The notes: a model not told the origin generated them from the letters alone. Shown: positions 28,738 to 39,092, counted from the first letter of the stretch. The stretch is DNA of 55,213 bases from Promethearchaeia archaeon (GCA_029856155.1 JAHQWL010000024.1:1-55213), one strand, 5' to 3'. Translations and numbers: made by a program.

Positions 28738-30399
28738 TTGAAGATTGTAAAAGGATTTCCTGCTGATCCCGAAGGCAATTATCAATTAAATATGATAAAC
28801 ATGATGAAGCATGCTATTAGAAATTTCTCTAGACAAGAAATAATAAGCAGAAAAATGGATGGAACCTTATTTCGATATACTTACAGGGATTCATATGAGA
28901 GAATGCAACGTTTAGCGAATGCTTTGAATTCAATTGGTGTCAAAGTAGGAGATAGAGTTGGGGTTTTAGCGTGGAATCATCACCAACATTATGAAATATA
29001 TTATGGTCTTCCGGGAACAGGTGCAGTAATGGTTTCATTAAATCTTCGTCTTGCTCCTCAAGATTTAGCTTATGTAATTAATCATTCTGGTGCTAAATTA
29101 ATCATCGTTGATGAGGATTTACTCAATGTAGCTGAATCTATTGTCTCATTATGTAAATTAATAAAGGGATACATTATAATTACTGATAAAGATATAAACG
29201 AAATTGATACAAACTTAAAACCCATCTATGGTTATGAAGCGCTTTTAGCTAAAGCCTCACCTATTTTTGAATGGCCTAATTTAGATGAAAATTCGGCTTA
29301 TGCTGCTTGTTATACAACAGGCACTACGGGTAAACCGAAAGGAGTATATTATTCTCATCGAAATGTATATATTCAAGCGTTAATGTTTGCTGCTCAATTG
29401 CCTATGTCAGTAAATGATGTAGTATTTCAATTAGTCCCGATGTTCCATGTTCTTGGTTGGTCTAAACCACAAGCTGCTACATATGCTGGTGCTAAGTTGA
29501 TCTTTTCAGGAAAATGGAACTTAGACGATTTAGAAGAACTTACTGAAATTATGGTTCAAGAAAAAGTTACAGTATCTGCTGCTGTACCAGCAGTATTCAT
29601 GGCAATGCTTGAATTTATTAGGAAAATGGAAAATAAACCAGATTTAACTGGGACACGTTTAATTTGTGGAGGTTCTGAACCACCAATTGCCCTAATGCGT
29701 GGGTTTTGGGACGAATGTGGAGGTGAAATAATTCATTCTTATGGTTCTACTGAAGCTATGGCAATCACTACTTTAAATTTCTTTAAACCTTGGCTTAAAA
29801 CGGAACTTTCAGAAGAAAATCTTTGGGATCTTAAGAAAAAACAGGGCACAATTGTATCTGGTTTAGATGTTAAAATAATAGATGAAAAAGCAAATCAACT
29901 TCCACATGATGGAAAATCTTCGGGGGAAATTCTCTTACGTGGACCTTGGATTACTAGAAGCTATTATAACGCTCCTGAAGCAAAAGATAGTTTTACAGAA
30001 GATGGTTATTTTAAAAGTGGAGATGCAGGGAGCCTTGATCCTGAAGGTTATCTTAAGATTACAGATAGAATAAAAGATGTAATAAAGAGTGGAGGAGAAT
30101 GGATTAGTTCAATTGATATGGAGAATACATTAATGTCTCATCCTGGAGTTCTTGAAGCCGCTGTTGTGGGCATACAGCATCCAAAATGGGATGAAAGACC
30201 CTTAGCCTTAGTTGTAAAACGAAAGGGATTTGAATCAATGAGTATTGATGAAATACGAGATCATCTTGCTAAATCTTTCGCTAAATGGCAAATTCCTGAT
30301 GAAATTATATTTGTGAACTCAATTCCAAGGACTAGTGTTGGAAAACTTAATAAAAAAGTCATTAGAATGGAATATAAAGATATCTACATAAAAAGTTAA
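28738..30399 (+). CDS. Medium/long-chain fatty-acid--CoA ligase (AlkK/FadD14-like)
   Basis: YTTGTTGKPKGV, YGSTE, SGD, DRIKDVIKSGGEWISS, KWDERP, PRTSVGK. Confidence 0.93.
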   Translation: MKIVKGFPADPEGNYQLNMINMMKHAIRNFSRQEIISRKMDGTLFRYTYRDSYERMQRLANALNSIGVKVGDRVGVLAWNHHQHYEIYYGLPGTGAVMVSLNLRLAPQDLAYVINHSGAKLIIVDEDLLNVAESIVSLCKLIKGYIIITDKDINEIDTNLKPIYGYEALLAKASPIFEWPNLDENSAYAACYTTGTTGKPKGVYYSHRNVYIQALMFAAQLPMSVNDVVFQLVPMFHVLGWSKPQAATYAGAKLIFSGKWNLDDLEELTEIMVQEKVTVSAAVPAVFMAMLEFIRKMENKPDLTGTRLICGGSEPPIALMRGFWDECGGEIIHSYGSTEAMAITTLNFFKPWLKTELSEENLWDLKKKQGTIVSGLDVKIIDEKANQLPHDGKSSGEILLRGPWITRSYYNAPEAKDSFTEDGYFKSGDAGSLDPEGYLKITDRIKDVIKSGGEWISSIDMENTLMSHPGVLEAAVVGIQHPKWDERPLALVVKRKGFESMSIDEIRDHLAKSFAKWQIPDEIIFVNSIPRTSVGKLNKKVIRMEYKDIYIKS

Positions 30400-30416
30400 A
30401 AATAAAGTGATGTTAA

Positions 30417-31472
30417 ATGCCTATAGTTGATATTTCAAAATTAAATCGACCTGAAATCATTGAAATCCTTAAAAATCGTATACAATTCCAAGATCAGGTC
30501 AATGATGCTTTTTTTAAAAGTATAGATCATACAAAAGAAGTATATATGCCTATTTGGAAAAAAGTGGGTGAACTGAATAGACGTTGGCTTGATGGAGAAC
30601 ACATAAAAGGAATGCTATCGATGGAGGAGATGTTACTTTTAACAAAACATCTTAGATTTTATATGGAATATAGCGCTAACTACATGCAAAAGTTAAATCC
30701 AATTCCAAAAGAGGCGATAATAAAATCAGTTAAAGCCAATGATGTACCTTGTGAATGGCATTTCTTTTCTGGAATAAAAGAAGATCGAGCTATCTTATAC
30801 ATCCATGGAGGAGGCCATATTATGGGATCTACAAATACTCATAAATTATTTACATTGAATTTGGCAAAAACAATTAATATGAAGGTATTAAGTATAAACT
30901 ATCGTCTTGCTCCGGAAGCTCCTCACCCTGCAGCCTTAGAGGATTGTGTTACCGTTTATAAGTGGCTCCTTTCATCTGGATTTGAATCTAAAAATGTACT
31001 GATCTCTGGAGACTCTGCTGGGGGTTATTATACTCTTTTGACTCTACTAAAACTACGGGATGATGGAATAAATTTACCTTTAGGAGCAATATGCCTTTCA
31101 CCTTCCACAGATATGGCACAAACAGGTGAATCAGTTAAGAAAAATTGCTATATGGATATTGTTTTAGGTGATTTAGGTTATATTTGGTGGATTCAAGCTC
31201 ATTTAGCAGGAATGAATCCTATTGATCCAACAGTTTCTCCTCTTTATGCTGATTTACATGGTTTACCACCTATACTCATTCAGGTAAGCACAAGTGAAAT
31301 GCTTTTTGATGATTCTCGGAGATTTTACGAACGTGCTAAAGAAGCAGGCGTCGATATTACAATGCAAACTTGGGATAATACTCTCCATGTGTTTCAAAAT
31401 ACCCCTGAATTACCTGAAACTCAGGAGGCAATGGAAAAAATTAAGGAATTTGTAGAAAAATTATTTAAATAA
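30417..31472 (+). CDS. Alpha/beta hydrolase, HSL/Aes-type esterase
   Basis: HGGG oxyanion motif, YRLAPE, GDSAGG nucleophile, acidic residue in SEMLFDD, catalytic His in LHVFQ. Confidence 0.92.
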   Translation: MPIVDISKLNRPEIIEILKNRIQFQDQVNDAFFKSIDHTKEVYMPIWKKVGELNRRWLDGEHIKGMLSMEEMLLLTKHLRFYMEYSANYMQKLNPIPKEAIIKSVKANDVPCEWHFFSGIKEDRAILYIHGGGHIMGSTNTHKLFTLNLAKTINMKVLSINYRLAPEAPHPAALEDCVTVYKWLLSSGFESKNVLISGDSAGGYYTLLTLLKLRDDGINLPLGAICLSPSTDMAQTGESVKKNCYMDIVLGDLGYIWWIQAHLAGMNPIDPTVSPLYADLHGLPPILIQVSTSEMLFDDSRRFYERAKEAGVDITMQTWDNTLHVFQNTPELPETQEAMEKIKEFVEKLFK

Positions 31473-31809
31473 TTTTTACATGTTTTATAGGAACCCAACC
31501 ACTTTTCCCCTGTTGGTTTGTAACCCAAAACCACTCAGCTTCTTCTTTTTCAATGATTAATTCCTCACCAACTGTAATAGTTAATTCTGTTGCATTATAA
31601 TCCTGTAGTAATTTACACATATTCCTATCAATTTCAAGATACTTTTCAGGTACCCATCGACTCTCTCCAAATTTGTTAGTACACCAAATCCATCCCAACC
31701 ATTCACTTTCTTTTTCTCCAATTGTCAAAGTTTCCCCTTTAGTAATTATTAATGGATCTGTGTAAGGAGACTCATAATCTTCAATAACACGGCACTTTTT
31801 TCCTTTCAT
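31465..31809 (-). CDS. Tandem SH3-domain protein
   Basis: Two repeats: VIEDY...L...GE.L...W.W......WVP..YL and LLQDYNATELTITVGEEL...WFWV..QQGKSGWVP..HV. Confidence 0.85.
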   Translation of the reverse strand: MKGKKCRVIEDYESPYTDPLIITKGETLTIGEKESEWLGWIWCTNKFGESRWVPEKYLEIDRNMCKLLQDYNATELTITVGEELIIEKEEAEWFWVTNQQGKSGWVPIKHVKII

Positions 31810-31850
31810 AACATTCTTCCCCTTTTTATTTCTTATTTTATCCCGAGATA

Positions 31851-32267
31851 TTAATATTCTCTTGGTTTTTCAAGTTTAAATATTGAAAAAGTACCATAAG
31901 CCTTTGAAACTAAAGTTTCGCTATTTAAAATCTCAGATTCAAGAACTCCAAATGATTTACCTCTGTGAATAACCTTTGTGTTACATGTAAGAGTTCCTTC
32001 CCTAACTGCTTTAAAATAGGTAATCTTAATTTCAACAGTTGCGCATGATTCATTTCTTTCTAATAAAGAATATAATGCTCCCCCCATACCAGTGTCTGCC
32101 ATTGAATACATGACAGCTCCATGGACGGTTTTGTGAGGATTAAAGTGGTTCTTATTAATCTGTAAAACACACTGGGAATACCCTTTTCTCAATTTAGTGA
32201 ATTCAAACCCAATTAAATCTCCAAATGGGTGAAATCCTTTTGACTTAAGAGGACTGGGTTCAGACAT
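31851..32267 (-). CDS. PaaI-family (hotdog fold) thioesterase
   Basis: NPHKTVHGAVMYSMADTGMG, TVEIKITYF. Confidence 0.9.
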   Translation of the reverse strand: MSEPSPLKSKGFHPFGDLIGFEFTKLRKGYSQCVLQINKNHFNPHKTVHGAVMYSMADTGMGGALYSLLERNESCATVEIKITYFKAVREGTLTCNTKVIHRGKSFGVLESEILNSETLVSKAYGTFSIFKLEKPREY

Positions 32268-32373
32268 AATCTATACAAAAATCAATTTAATTTAATCTTT
32301 TTTAAAATAATAAAAATATAAAACAAATTAGAGATTCATAAATTATTAAATATTAAAATTTCGGTGAAATGAA

Positions 32374-33588
32374 ATGTCTGTTTTGTTTGAACCTTATAAA
32401 ATTGGCAAAATGGAAGTAAAAAACCGATTCGTTAGATCAGCAACACATGAAAATTTAGCAAAAGACTCTGGTGAAGTCACAGATGAGCTTGTAAAACTTC
32501 ATAGAACTCTTGCTAAAGGAGATATTGGTTTAACTATACCAGGTTACATGTATGTTCACCCTTTAGGGCGTGCATACAAATATCAAACGGGAATATACGA
32601 TGACAATATGATACCGGGTTTGAAAAACCTTGTTAATGCGATACATGAAGAAAGGGGTAAGGTTGCATTCCAGATAGTCCATGCGGGGATGCTAACATTT
32701 TCGAGATTAATTGGAGGAACACCAGCGGGACCCTCTGGAGAAATTCTGAATCCCGTTGCCATTGAATATTCAAGAGAAATGACTGAGGATGAAATTCATG
32801 ATACAATAGAGGCTTTTATTGAAGCAGCTAAACGTGTAGTCGAAGCAGGGGCAGATGCGATTCAATTACATGCAGCTCATGGCTATTTAATCAATCAATT
32901 TCTATCTCCTTTCTATAATCGTAGACAAGATGATTGGGGAGGGTCTGATGAAAATCGATTTCGATACTTAAAAGAAATAGTTGAGAAAACCAAAAAAGTT
33001 TTACCTTCTGATGTCCCTCTTTTAGTAAAATTAAATACCCATGATTATACTCCAGATGAAGGTATAACACCTTCATTAGCAGTTAAATATTCTGAATGGT
33101 TAACTAAGTTAGGAATCGATGCTATTGAGATAAGCTGTGGTTCAGGATATTCTATTTTTAATATGTGTAGGGGAGAAGTTCCCGTTAAAGAAATTGTTCA
33201 AGCAGTTCCAGATTATATGAAAGTAATGGCAGAAAATGTTTACCAGGATATGGCTGGAAAATTTAATTTCGAGGAAGGATATAATCTTGAAGCGGCTAAG
33301 ATGATTAAACCTAAAATTGGAGATATTCCCCTAATCTTGGTTGGAGGTCTAAGGACTAAAACCTTTATGGAAGATTTAATAAAAAATAAATTTGCTGATT
33401 TCATATCCATGTCGCGCCCATTTATAAGAGAACCATTTCTTATAAAAAATATTAAAGAAGGAAAACAAGAAAGAGCAACTTGCATCTCTTGCAACCGTTG
33501 TCTTGCGGCAATACCGAATGATTATCCACTTAGGTGCTATACAAACAAGTGGCCAGAAGAAAAAAAACAAACGTGTTATTTTCCATAA
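32374..33588 (+). CDS. NADH:flavin oxidoreductase (OYE family)
   Basis: KNRFVRSAT, QLHAAHGYLINQFLSP, WGGSDENRFR, SRPFIREP, CISCNRC. Confidence 0.93.
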   Translation: MSVLFEPYKIGKMEVKNRFVRSATHENLAKDSGEVTDELVKLHRTLAKGDIGLTIPGYMYVHPLGRAYKYQTGIYDDNMIPGLKNLVNAIHEERGKVAFQIVHAGMLTFSRLIGGTPAGPSGEILNPVAIEYSREMTEDEIHDTIEAFIEAAKRVVEAGADAIQLHAAHGYLINQFLSPFYNRRQDDWGGSDENRFRYLKEIVEKTKKVLPSDVPLLVKLNTHDYTPDEGITPSLAVKYSEWLTKLGIDAIEISCGSGYSIFNMCRGEVPVKEIVQAVPDYMKVMAENVYQDMAGKFNFEEGYNLEAAKMIKPKIGDIPLILVGGLRTKTFMEDLIKNKFADFISMSRPFIREPFLIKNIKEGKQERATCISCNRCLAAIPNDYPLRCYTNKWPEEKKQTCYFP

Positions 33589-33628
33589 ATTTTTTCCGGT
33601 ATTAATTTTTTAAAATATTCATAATTTA

Positions 33629-34246
33629 TTATTCAATAATTTCATATCCCTTGTCTTCCCATGATTTTCTCATTACTGGATTTTTCTTAAGAAAAGTATC
33701 AACACATTCTTTTTTCACTCGATTGAAAGGACAAGAGAAATTTACACAATGACCACATCTTTTTATTATTAAAAAGCCAAAAAAAATGAATATTTCAATA
33801 ATAGAAACTATTAAGAAGATGAATTGAGAATCAAGAGCCATAAAAATTAGAGGATATCCTACTAGAATGGCAAAACCAATTAGTAATTGAATTTTTTCGG
33901 CTATATTCATTGGTTCGGGATGATATTTCCAGAGCTTAAGGCTACTATAATTCGCAATACAATGTAAGGTTCTCCCTTCTTCAGCATAATAAGGGCAATG
34001 ACTACAAAGAATCCGAATCTCCCAAACTTCAAAAAAAAATAACCAGAAACCAATCCAACCTAATAAATACCAACCATAACCCGCTAAGATAACCCCAATA
34101 AAAGCAGTAACAGCAAAAACCAAAAAAAATCCAACAAAACTAATTAGATATTTTTTATGAAAATGACATATTAGTTCTCCATTAATTGAGCAATCTTTAC
34201 ACTCTAAAGTATCTTTCCAAGTGCATATATCTTGTAAGTTTTTCAT
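33629..34246 (-). CDS. Cys-rich 4-TM membrane protein
   Basis: ICTW...CKDC...CHF, LCSHCPYY...HC, RCGHCVNFSCPFN. Confidence 0.75.
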   Translation of the reverse strand: MKNLQDICTWKDTLECKDCSINGELICHFHKKYLISFVGFFLVFAVTAFIGVILAGYGWYLLGWIGFWLFFFEVWEIRILCSHCPYYAEEGRTLHCIANYSSLKLWKYHPEPMNIAEKIQLLIGFAILVGYPLIFMALDSQFIFLIVSIIEIFIFFGFLIIKRCGHCVNFSCPFNRVKKECVDTFLKKNPVMRKSWEDKGYEIIE

Positions 34247-34394
34247 TTTGATTTTAAAATCGTGACATTTGAAACGTTTAAAACTAAAAATAACCAGAAT
34301 TAGAATCTTTTTCCTTATTTATTTTTTATTGAAAAACCAAAAATTCTAATATTTTTCACATATAGTCTTTTTAATTAGAAAAGAGAATTTTGAA

Positions 34395-34763
34395 ATGGTC
34401 TCGTTTACATTTGTAGTTTGTGCGGAGCCTTATAAGTATGAAGCTATAGACACGATGCTTAATTTAGGGGAAGCTATAGTTAAAAAGGGGCATTCTATTT
34501 TAGGAGTTTTTCTATATGGTAGTGGTGTCTATAATATTAAAGAGAGAAACTTAAAAGATGCAACAGTCCGAAATATATCAAATCGACTCAAAGAATTTTG
34601 TAAAAAAAATACAGTAGAACCGATTGCATGTAGTACCTGGATTAGTTTTACAGGAATTAAAGTTGGAGAGTTTATAGAAGGAGCAGCAAGGGAAGGATTA
34701 GGGGGGCTCTCTGATTTAATTGCTAGATCAGATAAAATAATATTTTTTGGTCCTGGAGGGTAA
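34395..34763 (+). CDS. DsrE/TusD-like sulfur relay protein
   Basis: PY...A...A.V.KGH.I.GVFLYGSGVYN; Cys79 (IACS) at the position of TusD/DsrE Cys78; GLGGL..L...SDKII.F. Confidence 0.8.
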   Translation: MVSFTFVVCAEPYKYEAIDTMLNLGEAIVKKGHSILGVFLYGSGVYNIKERNLKDATVRNISNRLKEFCKKNTVEPIACSTWISFTGIKVGEFIEGAAREGLGGLSDLIARSDKIIFFGPGG

Positions 34764-34768
34764 TAAGA

Positions 34769-35137
34769 ATGGTAACCTCAGTTGTAATTATTTGTGAAGA
34801 TTCTCCATTTGGAAAAAATTCAGTGGTGGAATCAATACGTATGGCTGCTGGAATTCTTGCTGTAGGCGATATTGATCAGTGTAAGGTTATTCTACTTAAA
34901 GATGCAGTTTATTTTATGAATAAAAATTTAAATTCAGGTGCTTTAAATGTGGATAATTTCACAAATATTATAAGATTAATAGAACTCTCCGATATAGAAA
35001 TATATATTCATGATGATGCATTGAAAGCAGCGGGTATCGAAATTACCGATCTTATTTTAGAGGAAAATACAAAAATTATTGGAACTCAAGAAATATCTCA
35101 GCTTATTTTTGAAGCTGATATGAGTTTCAAATATTAA
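34769..35137 (+). CDS. DsrF/TusC-like protein
   Basis: SPFG...VESIRMA, L.DAVY, IYIHDDALKAAGI; middle gene of the triad. Confidence 0.75.
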   Translation: MVTSVVIICEDSPFGKNSVVESIRMAAGILAVGDIDQCKVILLKDAVYFMNKNLNSGALNVDNFTNIIRLIELSDIEIYIHDDALKAAGIEITDLILEENTKIIGTQEISQLIFEADMSFKY

Positions 35138-35151
35138 TTAGGGAGGTTGAG

Positions 35152-35493
35152 TTGAGATTGACGAATTCAATAGTCTATTTGTATGGCTTTAGCCCGACCT
35201 TAAAAGAGAAATTAGAAACTATATTAGAGATTTTAAAAGAACAAATAGAATTAAATATTGAAATAAATCTTGTTTTGATACATGATGGCGTAATTGGCAC
35301 ATCAAAAAAAGGAATAATACCAGAATCCTTAAAAAAGATAATAAATCTGCCTGTTAATATTTATGCTTTAATCCCAGATATAAAGGCTAGAGGGATGGAT
35401 CCTAATGCCCTAATAAATAAAGTAAAAGGAATAGATTATGAAGATTTAGTGGATATTTTGGTGCTTACGCAAAAAATTGTATCATGGATGTAA
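35152..35493 (+). CDS. DsrH/TusB-like protein
   Basis: VLIHDGVI, YALIPDIKARG, IDYEDLVDIL...IVSW. Confidence 0.8.
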   Translation: MRLTNSIVYLYGFSPTLKEKLETILEILKEQIELNIEINLVLIHDGVIGTSKKGIIPESLKKIINLPVNIYALIPDIKARGMDPNALINKVKGIDYEDLVDILVLTQKIVSWM

Positions 35494-35622
35494 TTTATTT
35501 TGCCTTAAATTCCATTTCTTTCATAACTAAAGATTTTTAAATAGTTAGGTTCAATTTTAAATTAGAGTATTTTTTGAATTCAAAATTGATGAATTTTAAT
35601 TATAAACATTAGATGAAAAATT

Positions 35623-37317
35623 ATGAAAGATTATTCAGAGTGGGAAGCAATTCCAGATTACGAGAATGAGTCTCCTTATATCGAAAATCCAAATCGTCCA
35701 TGGTTAAAACTAAAGCCAGATTATATTCCTAAAACTGTGAAATTTGAGCCCATTCCTGTTCATGAATATATTAAAAAGGTTGCTTCTGAATACCCTAATA
35801 ATGTTTGTGTTTATTATAAACCTGCAGATAAAAAATATACATATCGTGAAATGAATTATATATCAGATAAAATAGCTAATGCATTATATGAAGATGGCAT
35901 AAAAAAAGGGGATGCTGTTGGTATTATGACAGCTAATTGCCCCGAATTTTTATTCTGTTGTGTAGGGATTATGGAAACAGGCGCAACCGTTGTTCCAATA
36001 AACTCACTTCTCAAAGAAACAGATGTGGCTCATATTATTAGAGATGCTGGAAATATTAATACTGTATTTGTCCATAAAAGCAACTTCAGAACAATGAAAA
36101 AGGTAAGAGATGAAATTGCTATAAAAAATGTGATTTTACTTCAAGCTGAAGCAGCTAAACCAGATACTATTGCATTAGAAGACTTTATTAACGGTATTGC
36201 TCCAAAACAACCTGATATTGAGATAGATCCAATGAATGATATTGCAGCACTATTATATACTGGAGGTACTACAGGTTTACCTAAAGGAGTCATGTTAACA
36301 CACCACAATTTAGTTTCAGATGCCGTCTGTACCTTACAAAACATGAGGGAATCCAGAGAGGACGATCCGAGTATTTATGGTACAGGCGTAAGTTTAACAG
36401 TTCTCCCTATTTGTCATAGCTTTGGTTTTCAAATCCTAATTATTAGTTCGGTACTTGCTTCAATGTTAGTCATTTTTCAATCTTTTAATGCATCTGAAGT
36501 TCTTGAAGCAATTGAATACTATAAATGTACAACATTTACAGGTGTACCTGTTATGTTTCAAATGTTAGTCAATTCTCCTGATTTTTCAGAGCGAGATCTT
36601 TCAAGTCTTGAGACGGTAACTTCTGGTTCAGCCGCATTGGCTCCGGAACTAAATAGAAAATGGGAAGAAGTTGTTGGAATGAAGGTTGGTCAAGGATTTG
36701 GTCTAACTGAAACTTCACCAGTTACACATCATCAACCAAAGTGGTTACCTGAGGTAATACCAGAAAGTATAGGTGTACCAATTATCGATACCGATGCAAA
36801 AATAGTAAATCCTGATACATTAGAAGAACTTCCTCCTGGAGAAGTAGGAGAATTATTTATTAAAGGACCTCAAGTTATGAAAGGTTATTGGAAAAATCCG
36901 AAAGCGACAGCAGCTACGTTTGCGGGAGATTGGCTTAAAACAGGTGATTTAGCTCGAATCGATGAGCGAGGTTACTTCTATATTGAAGGGCGGACCAAAG
37001 ATATTATAAAATACAAAGGATATAAAGTGATGCCGAAAGAAATTGAGGAAAAACTACATGAACATCCTGCAATTTTAGAAGTAGGCGTAGTTTCTGCTCC
37101 CGATCCAAATATTGGGGAAACAATTAAAGCCTATGTAGCTCTTAAACCAGAATATCAAGGGAAAGTCACAGAACGAGATATTATCGAATGGTCAAAAGAA
37201 AAAATGGCAGCGTATAAATACCCACGTCTAGTAGAATTCGTAACTGTATTACCAAGAACTACGGTTGGTAAAATTTTTCGCAGAAAGTTAAGGGAAAGAG
37301 CCGAAAAAGAAAGTTAA
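35623..37317 (+). CDS. Long-chain acyl-CoA synthetase (AMP-binding, FadD/4CL-like)
   Basis: YTGGTTGLPKGVMLTH, QGFGLTE, GPQVMKGYW, TGD, GRTKDIIKYKG, LPRTTVGK. Confidence 0.93.
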   Translation: MKDYSEWEAIPDYENESPYIENPNRPWLKLKPDYIPKTVKFEPIPVHEYIKKVASEYPNNVCVYYKPADKKYTYREMNYISDKIANALYEDGIKKGDAVGIMTANCPEFLFCCVGIMETGATVVPINSLLKETDVAHIIRDAGNINTVFVHKSNFRTMKKVRDEIAIKNVILLQAEAAKPDTIALEDFINGIAPKQPDIEIDPMNDIAALLYTGGTTGLPKGVMLTHHNLVSDAVCTLQNMRESREDDPSIYGTGVSLTVLPICHSFGFQILIISSVLASMLVIFQSFNASEVLEAIEYYKCTTFTGVPVMFQMLVNSPDFSERDLSSLETVTSGSAALAPELNRKWEEVVGMKVGQGFGLTETSPVTHHQPKWLPEVIPESIGVPIIDTDAKIVNPDTLEELPPGEVGELFIKGPQVMKGYWKNPKATAATFAGDWLKTGDLARIDERGYFYIEGRTKDIIKYKGYKVMPKEIEEKLHEHPAILEVGVVSAPDPNIGETIKAYVALKPEYQGKVTERDIIEWSKEKMAAYKYPRLVEFVTVLPRTTVGKIFRRKLRERAEKES

Positions 37318-37361
37318 ATATACATCTATTACTCTATTTTTTAATTTATTCTAATTTTTTT

Positions 37362-38540
37362 CTATAGATATTCACTTTTAGATCGGGTAAATATTGTAAA
37401 GAATAGAATTAAAACCCCCGTTATAATAAAAACACTAAAAACGCTCCATTCTACTAGAAGCCCTACAATTGGGTAAATGATAGCTCTTAATAAACTTCCA
37501 AACATATTTATTGTACTAAGGACAGTAGCTCTATTTTCAGATTCAATTTGTATGTTAATTCCATCTACAAAAATAAGATACCTTGTATACCCAAATGCCA
37601 CTATTGTTAAAATAATAGCAATACCCAATGGAATTATTGTAGTTACTCCTAAAAACAGAAATGTGATTCCATTTATCAAATTAATTGAGATTAAAAATCT
37701 TTTTTTATTTTTAGATGATTTTAATAATAGAGGTATTGTACTTGAAAAAATAGCATTAACTATATTCATACCCGCTAAAATAAATCCAAACCACAATTGA
37801 GGAATGTTAATCGCATCCAAATAGACTTGATACGTCCAAAATAGAAAAAATATCAATACATTAATTGGGATCCAATCAAGAGCTAGAATTCTTAATATTT
37901 TATTTTTTCGTAATTCCTTAAAACCAGATATTATTATCCTCGAATAACTTTCTTGCTTATAATTGTCAGTTGTTATTTTTGGTTCTTTAAAAGTTAATGC
38001 AACAAAAAAAGCACATATATAGATTAAAGCCAGAGAAGTCATTGCAAATTGTAAAGAGATAAAATAAGCGATAATTGATCCTATTGGTGCTGATATTGTT
38101 AATGCAATTAAATTCATGGTTCGAGATCTTCCTAGAGTTTTTGAGAGGTTCTTTTCATTCCCAAAAGATTTCAAAGAGAAATAAACAAAAGCATCACTCG
38201 TTCCAGACATTAGAGCTGAACCAAAAGCCCATAAAGTTTCTGCTAACATGAATAAGAAAAAGTTTGGAATAATACTATAAGCCAGTGCTGCACAAGCAAC
38301 GGATAATGCAGATAGTAATAATGCTGTTTTACGCCCTAAAAAGTCAGCTATTGCTCCAGAAGGAATTTCAAGAAGTACAATCATTGCAGTGAAATAACTC
38401 TGTAAAAGCATTATCTGAAAAAAAGAAAGACCGCCCCAGATCATCATGAATGGTATATACACACCTCTAACCGTGTGAATCCCAAGGATAAATGAAAAAA
38501 TATAAATTTTGAATATATTCGATTTATAATTTCTTTCCAT
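37362..38540 (-). CDS. MFS transporter
   Basis: EIPSGAIADFLGRK motif A, SGTSDA, RATVLS, 12 TM. Confidence 0.9.
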   Translation of the reverse strand: MERNYKSNIFKIYIFSFILGIHTVRGVYIPFMMIWGGLSFFQIMLLQSYFTAMIVLLEIPSGAIADFLGRKTALLLSALSVACAALAYSIIPNFFLFMLAETLWAFGSALMSGTSDAFVYFSLKSFGNEKNLSKTLGRSRTMNLIALTISAPIGSIIAYFISLQFAMTSLALIYICAFFVALTFKEPKITTDNYKQESYSRIIISGFKELRKNKILRILALDWIPINVLIFFLFWTYQVYLDAINIPQLWFGFILAGMNIVNAIFSSTIPLLLKSSKNKKRFLISINLINGITFLFLGVTTIIPLGIAIILTIVAFGYTRYLIFVDGINIQIESENRATVLSTINMFGSLLRAIIYPIVGLLVEWSVFSVFIITGVLILFFTIFTRSKSEYL

Positions 38541-38660
38541 AATTTCCTTTTAATTCTGCTTTGAAATATCTGAAAGTAGCGAATTTTAAAAAGTCAATTA
38601 TAATTTATGCAGATAATCAGAATATTCAAAAAAGAAAAGAAAAGGATAGAATAATAGTAC

Positions 38661-39092
38661 TTACTTATTTTTGGATTTTAAGAAAAATAAGATAGTATTG
38701 AGTATTCCCGCAATAATACCGCCGTAAAAACCCGTATCGGGCCACCATTCATATGCTTCATAAGCTATACCAAATGTAGCCAAACCTATAATTGCTAAAA
38801 GAACTGTGCAACCTGCTAAGAGTAAACCAAATTTATCTAGATCTTTTTGAATAAATTTATTTGGAAGCAAGTCGTTTATGACTATTACTATTTGTACTAC
38901 TAAGAAAATTAACATGATAATTTGTGCCGCTAAATCACCACCAGTAGCATAAGTACAATCCAAACAAGAATGATAATAATAACTACCAGTATAAAGACTC
39001 GCAAAATATTGAGTTGCCATTAAAATTATCCCTATAATACTAAGTACCAATATCAATGCAGCAAATACATCAACGTTCCTCTCAGATGACAT
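38661..39092 (-). CDS. 4-TM membrane protein with CxxC in the first loop
   Basis: 143 aa, four hydrophobic helices, SCLDC after TM1, WWPDTGFYGG before TM4. Confidence 0.75.
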   Translation of the reverse strand: MSSERNVDVFAALILVLSIIGIILMATQYFASLYTGSYYYHSCLDCTYATGGDLAAQIIMLIFLVVQIVIVINDLLPNKFIQKDLDKFGLLLAGCTVLLAIIGLATFGIAYEAYEWWPDTGFYGGIIAGILNTILFFLKSKNK

